A DNA stretch of 63,093 nt, filler included, from Trichosphaerium sp. ATCC 40318 (lineage: Eukaryota > Protista > Tubulinea), in assembly GCA_038496445.1 (NCBI GenBank). It is 3 parts of 3 records of this genome, joined end to end, with 100 filler letters (N's around TTAATTAATTAA, not from the genome) between each part and the next. Parts side by side here need not be neighbours in the genome. Positions count along the whole stretch, not along the records: positions 46,355 to 63,093 come from JALMLS010000615.1; 2 more parts are not named here. One strand, given 5' to 3'. A program made the translations under genes and the position numbers. This document shows, piece after piece, positions 51,150-60,006 of the stretch. Positions within the stretch are counted from its first letter, which is position 1, and the number at the start of each line of letters is the position of its first letter. Under the pieces are notes generated by a model. It saw only the letters and a program-made list of their open reading frames with translations, searched no databases and was not told the origin of the DNA.

Positions 51150-51551
51150 TTAACTCTGGCGGAGGGTAAGAGTTGTTGTTGGTAGGTTTTGGTCCTGGTT
51201 CCTGTTGTTCCTGTTGGTCCGGGTGATAGTTCCTTGGAGGTGGGTAGGTGGGAGTAGGTTGGTATCCTCTAGCTTTTGGTCTTGGATAATTTTTTCTTTG
51301 GGTAGGTTGCTTTGAAGAAAGATTGTATACGCTGTCTCGCTTAGTTGTGCGTCTACAGCTATCCTCTTGACTTCGTTTAGGAAATAAGGAAGGTCTTTGA
51401 GTGAGCCAGAAAATTTGAGTTGTTTCTTTGCGTATCCAATCTTCGCATCACCAATACTCTTCTTTCCTTTCCACTCGCCAATCCAATCACCGTTTTGTTG
51501 TTTCTTAAGGTAAGGGATATATTTGTGATAATCATGCTTTAATTCCGCCAT
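51150..51551 (-). CDS. gag: Truncated gag-like ORF
   Basis: KFSGSLKDLPYFLNEVKRIA...IFLQSNLP is typical of a retrotransposon capsid N-terminus. No zinc knuckle. The Pro/Gln-rich linker continues in the pol (-1) frame. Confidence 0.65.
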   Translation of the reverse strand: MAELKHDYHKYIPYLKKQQNGDWIGEWKGKKSIGDAKIGYAKKQLKFSGSLKDLPYFLNEVKRIAVDAQLSETAYTIFLQSNLPKEKIIQDQKLEDTNLLPPTHLQGTITRTNRNNRNQDQNLPTTTLTLRQS

Positions 51552-51660
51552 AGCGTCTGTTCTGCGTGTCTCCGTGTTTTTTCGTGTTTCTTCTCAGTTT
51601 TGAGAAAAATATTTTCGTTTTTGTAGTGTATAATTTCCTTTTTAGCGTGCCGGTTTAAAT

Positions 51661-51676
51661 CTCAGTCGTGTCGCCA
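51661..51676 (-). promoter_or_regulatory. tRNA primer-binding site
   Basis: Minus strand reads TGGCGACACGACTGAG 1 nt inside the 5' LTR, complementary to a tRNA ending ...GUCGCCA. Confidence 0.8.
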
Positions 51677-51677
51677 A

Positions 51678-51767
51678 TGTTAAAGGGTCGGTTAGGGATA
51701 AAGATAACAAGTCGTCAAATTGTAAGTCCACGTGATTTATTCTTTAATTAGTTTGACCGCTGTTACA
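51678..51767 (-). repeat. 5' LTR (90 bp)
   Basis: Identical to 46448-46537. Confidence 0.95.
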
Positions 51768-52546
51768 GCACGTGTTGAAGTACGGGTTGTACACGCCACC
51801 ACAGGTAGGTACTTGAAAATATAACCAAACAAGTTTCTGGTGGTTTTGCACGTGATTGTAATAAAATAGCTTCGTAACAATTCCTCTGATCAGTAAACCG
51901 TGTTATGCAGCCCTTACTGCCGTAAATGCGTTAGTCTTATTTCAAACTTGTTGCCACCTCCACTGCGAGTTGCTCATTGTACGATAGCGAATGCGTGACA
52001 TCTAAAAATCAGCAGGTGAAACCAGCATAGATAGAAAAACAAAAATAAAGAGAATAAAATCTCCGCCACTGGAATAAACAACAGCATGTTTTACAACCGA
52101 AAAGATACGACAGCACAACATTCTTGTATTTTGGCGTCCGGTTCTCGTTATTCTGTCTGGTTACAATAACGACATTATGATAATATCCTTTGTGCTTGCC
52201 TATCGGGGTAAAAAATAGCCCGAAAAAGAGTATTCGCCACTTACGAGCAACAAAGTTGAGCGAGGGTATTCGCACTATTTTGGTGAAATATTTGAAAAAC
52301 CTGTGTTTCGTGAAGGTACATGGCCTGTTTTGTCACCAGTTTGTAACTCCATTTACTTAAATAAACAGATTGAAGGTCTCCAAGTGGTTTGAAAAAACTA
52401 TTGTAGCGAATCAGTTAATAATAAAAAAAAAACCACAAAACCAGAACCGTAACACAAATTACAATAACACTTCACTGAAAAATCTCATGTGTCAAGAACA
52501 CCAACTTAATACTACTTTGCGATAACCTCAAGAGTGACAACACGTC

Positions 52547-55500
52547 ATGGCAGAATCACAGAGTGACAAATACCAACGTTTAGAAAAGGAAGAACCAACC
52601 AACATCCATCTCCCCATAATTGAAATTGTGTTTTCTTTTGCAGGTTTGTAGTGCTTGCTAAGCAAATAGTTGACAAAGTTTAGCAACAAATGGCTACAAT
52701 GAAGTTGTATCAACATTACTCAAAGCCAACGCCAATATTGATGTTGTTGATGAACATGGAAACACAGCTTTAATATATGCAGGTAACATGATATGATGAG
52801 ATACAACATGTACATATCTCACTCTACATTTAGCACAAAAAGGAAACAATAAGGTTGTATCAATGTTACTCAAAGCCAACGTCAATGTTGATGTTGTTGA
52901 TAACTTTGGAAACACAGCTGTAATATATGCAGGTAACATGATATGATGAGATACAACATGTACATATCTCATTATACTATTTAGCACGAGAAGGACACAA
53001 TGAAGTTGTATCAATGTTACTCAACGCCAATGCCAATGTTGATTTTGTTGATAAATATAATGGAAAAACATCTTTAATATATGCAGGTAACATGATATGA
53101 TGAGATACAACATGTACATATCTCACTCTACTATTTAGCACTAGAAGGACATGATGAAGTTGTATCAATGTTACTCGAAGCCAACGCCAATGTTGATGTT
53201 GTTGATAACTTTGGAAACACAGCTGTAATATATGCAGGTAACATGATATGATGAGATACAACATGTACATATCTCACTATACTATTTAGCACAAGAAGGA
53301 CACAATGAAGTTGTATCAATGTTACTCAATGCCAACGCCAATGTTGATGTTGTTGATGAATATGGAAAGACAGCTTTAATATGTGCAGGTAACATGATAT
53401 GATGAGATACAACATGTACATATCTCATTATACTATTTAGCACGAGAAGGACACAATGAAGTTGTATCAATGTTACTCAATGCCTTCGCCAATGCTGATG
53501 TTGTTGATAAATATGGAAAGACAGCTTTAATATATGCAGGTAACATGATATGATGAGATGCAACATGTACATACCTCATTCTACTATTTAGCACTAAAAG
53601 GACATGATGAAGTTGTATCAATGTTACTCAAAGCCAACGCCAATGTTGATGTTGTTGATAAATATGGAAAGACAGCTTTAATATGTGCAGGTAACATGAT
53701 ATGATGAGATACAACATACATATCTCATTCTACTATTTAGCACAAAAAGGAAACAATAAGGTTGTATCAATGTTACTCAAAGCCAACGCCAATATTGATG
53801 TTGTTGATGAACATGGAAACACAGCTTTAATATATGCAGGTAACATGATATGATGAGATACAACATGTACATATCTCACTCTACATTTAGCACTAAATGG
53901 GCATGATGAAGTTGTATCAATGTTACTCAAAGCCAACGCCAATGTTGATGCTGTTGATAAAAATGGAAAGACAGCTTTAATATATGCAGGTAACATGATA
54001 TGATGAGATACAACATGTACATATCTCACTCTACTATTTAGCACAAGAAGGACACAATGAATTTGTATCAATGTTACTCAAAGCCAACGCCAATGTTGAT
54101 GTTGTTGATAAATTTGGAAACACAGCTGCAATATGTGCAGGTAACATGATATGATGAGATACAACATGTACATATCTCATTCTACTATTTAGCACAATAT
54201 AGAAACAATAAAGTTGTATCAATGTTACTCAATGCCAACGCCAATGTTGATGTTGTTGATAAATATGGAAAGACAGCTTTAATATATGCAGGTAACATGA
54301 TATGATGAGATACAACATGTACATATCTCATTCTACTATTTAGCACAAGAAGGACACAATGAAGTTGTATCAACGTTAATTAATGCCAATGCCAATATTG
54401 ATGTTGTTGATGAATACGGAAATACAGCTTTAATATATGCAGGTAACATGATATGATGAGATACAACATGTACATATCTCATTCTACTATTTAGTACAAA
54501 GAGGATGCAATGAAGTTGTATCAATGTTACTCAATGCCTTCGCCAATGTTGATGCTGTTAATGAAGATGGAAATACAGCTTTAATATATGCAGGTAATAT
54601 GATATGATGAGATACAACGTGTTCATATCTCACTCTACTATTTAGCACTAAATGGACATGATGAAGTTGTATCAACATTACTCAAAGCCAACGCAACTAT
54701 TGATGCTGTTGATGAATATGGAAATACAGCTTTAATATATGCAGGTAACATGATATGATGAGATACAACATGTACATATCTCATTCTACTATTTAGCACT
54801 AAATGGACATGATGAAGTTGTATCAATGTTACTCAAAGCCAACGCCAATGTTAATGCTGTTGATAAAGATGGAAAGACAGCTTTAATATATGCAGGTAAC
54901 ATGATATGATGAGATACAACATGTACATATCTCATTCTACTATTTAGCACGAGAAGGACACAATGAAGTTGTATCAATGTTACTCAAAGCCAACACCAAT
55001 GTTGATGCTGTTGATAAATATGGAAAGACAGCTTTAATATATGCAGGTAACATGATATGATGAGATACAACATGTACATATCTCACTCTACTATTTAGCA
55101 CAAGAAGGACACAATGAAGTTGTATCAATGTTACTCAATGCCAACGCCAATGTTGATGTTGTTGATGAATATGGAAAGACAGCTTTAATATATGCAGGTA
55201 ACATGATATGATGAGATACAACATGTACATATCTCATTCTACTATTTAGTACTAGAAGGACATGATGAAGTTGTATCAATGTTACTCAAAGCCAACGCCA
55301 ATGTTGATGCTGTTGATGAATATGGAAATACAGCTTTAATATGTGCAGGTAACATGATATGATGAGATACAACATGTACATATCTCACTCTACTATTTAG
55401 CACAAAGAGGACACAATAAAGTTATATCAACATTACTCAACGCCAATGCCACTGTTGATGCTGTTGATGAATATGGAAATACAGCTTTAATATATGCAGG

Positions 55501-58119
55501 TAACATGATATGATGAGATACAACATGTACATATCTCACTCTACTATTTAGCACAAAGAGGACACAATAAAGTTATATCAACATTACTCAACGCCAATGC
55601 CACTGTTGATGTTGTTGATAAAGATGGAAATACAGCTTTGATTTATGCAGGTAATATCGCAAATGAGATAAAAACTATGTTTATTTACTATCATTTGAGA
55701 TTTTGACTATATGTCAATGTTAATGTTGAAATTAATCAAACCTAACGCAAGTAATATTGATACTATTGATGAAAGTGAACCCAACAAGAATTCAGGTATT
55801 GGGCACATTACAAAAAATTTGGTGAAATAATAGCTAACACTGTAAGTAGTAACTCCATGCCAAAGAAAGTGGCAAGACTTTATGTTCATTTTAATTAGAG
55901 AAGTGGTATCAAATACACCCTCAGCTGTTGAAAAATTCGTAACTTTCTTAAAATACTGTCCAAGTGGTAAACAATGCCATCCACTGTGGAGATACTGTAA
56001 AAAGCACTATTCACAAAATGTCAACGTAGAGGGGAGAAAACAGTTTGAAGAATGGCTTCACCGTTTGGTACACTTTGTTGAATACCAATACCTTAAACTA
56101 ACCATTACAACGTTTAGCCAACGCGGTATTATTTCAAACTGGCAATGGAAAAAGGGATTTGTTATTTAATTTGTTCTACATGTGATCCCAAAGTTGTACT
56201 GTCTCCGGTACGATATCTTCACTGCTACTAACGTCTACACTACAAACAACATTCTTCTTCTACAGGAATTCTGGAAACAAGATGGGCAATCAATGCAAGG
56301 CATTCTACATGATATGCCCAATGATGCTTGGGTTAATAACAGTCAAGATGAATCCTTAAAAGAAGAGTGTACTGAAGGCAAGAAGCGTGTGGTTATATAA
56401 TACTAAAAAAAGTTTTCAAAAGGATTAAAAGGTGAAAACGCATGGAGCCTGAATCCGCGATTGTATTTTGCAAATAATTGGGATAGCTCTAACACGTGCG
56501 TACAATTACTTTTTGTTAGTTCTAATATTACAAAAAGAGGCATTGTTGCAAAGGCGACACACTACAAAACACTGAATCTGCTTGATGCCAACGACAAAGT
56601 GGCAGTCAGAGAATTCAACATCCTCAAACAGGAGATGTCAAAACTACATGGCTATGACAATTACGATATCATTGAAGCGACTCTCGTTTATAATGACATC
56701 TTGACAGAAAACTTTGGTCGAATCAACGAAATACTGACGCACAGACATCAGTACGGTTGCCCCACACTTCATAGGTATTTTTGTGATTCTAAACATGCAT
56801 CTATTAGAGAACTGCCCAACTTGTTTAAAAAACAAAATTGGAAAACTGATAGTATCTACAAGGAATACAAAGAGACTGTGTACCAAAAGTACAACGCCCT
56901 CACTGCTTTTAATGATTGTTATACTGAAAAAAAAGATAAGGTAATGTTCTTGGTACTCTTGCACTACAAACATTTTATTTAGTTACCAGTGATATTGATG
57001 GTCCATGGAACAAAAGAAAAAGCAGCTAAGAGTATTGTAAAGGCTGGTTTTGGAACTGTGAGTTCTTTAGACGCTGGTTACTATGGTCAAGGGATATACT
57101 TCACTGTACGCTATTACCCAATTATTGCAGGTGGTCAATATTCATTTTCGGCATTAGAGAAGCATAAAGTATGCCACTTCATATGATTTAACACGAGGAA
57201 CTGCAAAAACACTGGTTTTAAGTCTTGTTACTCCTGGCAACGTTTACCCAGTACGCAAACAATAATATTGATGTGGATAATCTTTACTTACTTGATAAAA
57301 AGCATGATCCCCTTGTATGTAAAAAGACTGATGAGGGTACCAATACCATGAATGAAAGCTTGCACGGAAGACCAATAAAACCAGGCTACCAAAGTCACTA
57401 TGCATTGGTAGACCGCATCGGTAAACTTTTGCCCGCAGATAAACTTGAAGATGCAGTATACGATGAGCTGGTAGTGGCACAAGGTACACTCAGCAATACA
57501 ATCGAAAGATGTGATTAAAGTATCAAACACTATTTTAGATACTCAAGCTGTTGCTCGGTACATCATCAAAGTTACAAACAAACGTACAAAAAAACGTAAA
57601 ACTTCAAAAACCAAGAAAGGTAATAAAAAGACAAAGAAAGAGAAAGGCGATACTGAAGATCAAGCTTCAGAAGTAGATACTGATGGCTCAGCTGGCGAGC
57701 TATCTGATGATGAACTATCTGATTCTGAGGACACTTTTATTTCTAACCGGTATAATTTTATAGTATCTTTTAAACCTAAGTTTTGTACTAGAAAACTGTG
57801 GGCTGCCCATGATGATTCAACTGATGATGAACAACCAAGTTATAATTATGCCAATCTCAAACTAGAATTACAAGAAGCAAACAGCGAGGTAGAGAAACTG
57901 AAGAAGAGCCTGGCTGAACTTCATCGGAATTCACAGAAAATGAATGCAAACAAAGAACAGCACATTACTGAATTGACTGAAAGCAACAACACCCTAAAGC
58001 TAGACAATATCAACCTCTCCAAAGGTGTCCAAGATCTAATGCGAGACAACACTAGCCTAAAGGAGAAGAATGCCATTCTACTGGCAAAAATAGCTCTCCT
58101 TGAAAGTACAGCAAAGTAA
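52547..58119 (+). CDS. Ankyrin-repeat (20 exon-encoded units) + PARP-like ADP-ribosyltransferase + acidic/coiled-coil tail protein
   Basis: ATG 52547; 20 ANK exons 52684-55650. ART motifs LMVHGT (H at 57004), AGFG, GYYGQGIYFT, LSLVTPGNVYPV, GYQSHY, YDELVV (H-Y-E triad). C-terminal coiled coil; stop 58117-58119. Middle exons approximate. Confidence 0.85.
52684..55650 (+). repeat. Tandem array of ~151-bp units = 99-nt ankyrin exon + 50-52-nt intron (20 exons, 19 introns)
   Basis: Intron consensus gtaacatgatatgatgagatacaacatgtacatatctca(c/t)tctactatttag. Exon consensus AxxGHNEVVSMLLxANANVDVVDxxGxTALIYA. Confidence 0.95.
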
Positions 58120-58956
58120 TTCTGATTCTGTTGTAAACAAGCAACATTTATCAATAAACAACCACAGTTTAGTTTTTCTCACAAATTACTTTGTTTCAAA
58201 TTCATGGCAATAACTTGTTTTGGCGCACTGAAGATAAAGAATACTTATAAGTGCAACATTCAATTGTAATTTGTTCAACTTTGGAAGGTAAGATGTTGTA
58301 GATAAAATAACAAGATGCCAATTGTATGTATTGTTGAAATTTTATTGGTGCCGCTCAGGCCAATAAGAATTGGTAATTTATGACTTACTGCATAAATTTA
58401 AGCCCAATTTTTTTCCTCAATACACAGACGACATGTATATGTGCGTATAACGCTGCAATAAAACTATTTTCTCCTCTTGGTTTTTATTGAATGCGTTTTA
58501 AAAAAAAAGTGCTGAGCTGACTTTCACTGATGCCTTACACTGACCCAACATGTTGGTACATATGTAACGGGGGTAAAAAAAGTGTCTTCCTTGACACTAA
58601 CACAAGATAAGCTATGTGAGCAAATCAAGATATATTCGCTTCTAACAGATCAATTAATCTGTAAGTCAAAGTTGTTTTCTCCTCTTATTAACTTTGTTTC
58701 TACTTAGTTGTACAATGCATTACTGTCTTTTTTATTTGTATGGGACAATCGTGTATGAGTGCCAGTACAAGTCATAACAATCCTCACCTAAGAAGTACCA
58801 CAATACAAAATGTACAAGGTTATTGTTCTACTTGTAAAGCATCTTAAAGCCCGCTCACGGTTTTAGTTTTAGGATCCTACATGTACCAAGGCGACTCCAA
58901 CTTACTCCACAAGCTAAAGTAGTTTTTTAGTGCTCGAAAAACGCACGTGCGTTTGT

Positions 58957-59404
58957 GAAAACCAGAGTGGAGAAAATATTTTTATCGTCGGATTCTATGC
59001 ACTGATACATGTCACATTAGTGTGCAAAGAATCAGAGTCAAAATCGGTCTGGTAAGCCAGAAATTTTTACTTTTTTGTCAATTTTTTGCTTCAAAAACGA
59101 AGAACTTTTACCTCACATTTTATCACGATAAAATTTCCAGAAAAAAATAAGAAAGGTAACATTTATGGCAACCACGGTCAAGTTCAGCTCTGATTTTTTA
59201 CACAGTAAACCAACATGTCAATGTGCGTATTTGCAATTTTTTTGAAATGTAAAAGTTCTTCGTTTTTGTAGCAAAAAATCGACAAAAAAGTAAAAATTTC
59301 TGGCTTACCAGACCGATTTTGATGCTGATTCTTTGCACACTAATGCAACATGTATGAGTGCATATAATCCGACGATAAAATTATTTTCTCCGCTCTGGTT
59401 TTTC
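58957..59404. mobile_element. Fold-back / MITE-like element with ~155-bp inverted arms
   Basis: 58957-59111 (gaaaaccagagtggagaaaata...caaaatcggtctggtaagccagaaatttttac...agaacttttac) is the near-perfect reverse complement of 59249-59404, around a ~137-bp spacer. Confidence 0.75.
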
Positions 59405-60006
59405 ATAATGTGTTTTTCTGAAATCAAAAAATCTACAATATACAATTTCCTACTTTTTAACACATGTTAGTTCCTCACCACTTGTACTTGGCTCAAAGAA
59501 TTGTGAACAACTGGATTAAAACAGAAAAAAATTACTTTCGGTACAAGTACTTTACTGGATAACACAAAATAAGTAGGTGGCGCGAATTAGCGAGCACGCT
59601 TATATCAAAAAACCTGTATATTCCTTGTACACTATCGTGTTATTCACCTACTAATTTCGGTTTTGGCTAGCCAACCAATGGCAGATATAGTACATTCTTT
59701 TTGGTTCTCTTTTTCTTATTTATGTACTGCATGTACTTTTAAATACAGAGGCTACAAATTCTGTTTTCGATAAAATAAAAAAAGTTGAAGTATGCCATTC
59801 GAAGTGGATGCTTGGATGTAAAATAAACAAACTACAAAGTAGCTGTGGTTGTTTGTTTGGTTTTGATTAAGCAAAGATTGCTTTAAAGTGTATCATGTAG
59901 GAGCATGTATACAACAAATTGAGCTTCAAGAAAAACATACATTTATTTTTTAAGGTGGTAGAAAAAGTTCCAACGTGTTTTCATAAAGAACAACATCATC
60001 ATTTGT

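Larger units (their letters stand above)
46448..51767 (-). mobile_element. Ty3/Gypsy LTR retrotransposon with 90-bp identical LTRs
   Basis: TG...CA direct repeats at 46448-46537 and 51678-51767. 4-bp TSD GCAC at 46444-46447 and 51768-51771. PBS next to the 5' LTR; PR-RT-RH-IN gene order. Confidence 0.96.

Noticed and set aside
52694-55279. Series of 62-aa minus-strand ORFs (MIQLHCVLLV...)
   Set aside because: Antisense shadows of the 151-bp exon/intron unit.
52684-55650. CRISPR-like array (constant ~52-nt repeat with a hairpin plus variable spacers)
   Set aside because: The repeats are GT..AG introns, the spacers are mutually homologous in-frame ankyrin exons, and there are no cas genes.
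22438-58119. A physically linked defence island (SPRY, DDX60, nuclease, ANK-PARP)
   Set aside because: The genes lie on three contigs joined by artificial linkers and are interspersed with housekeeping genes.
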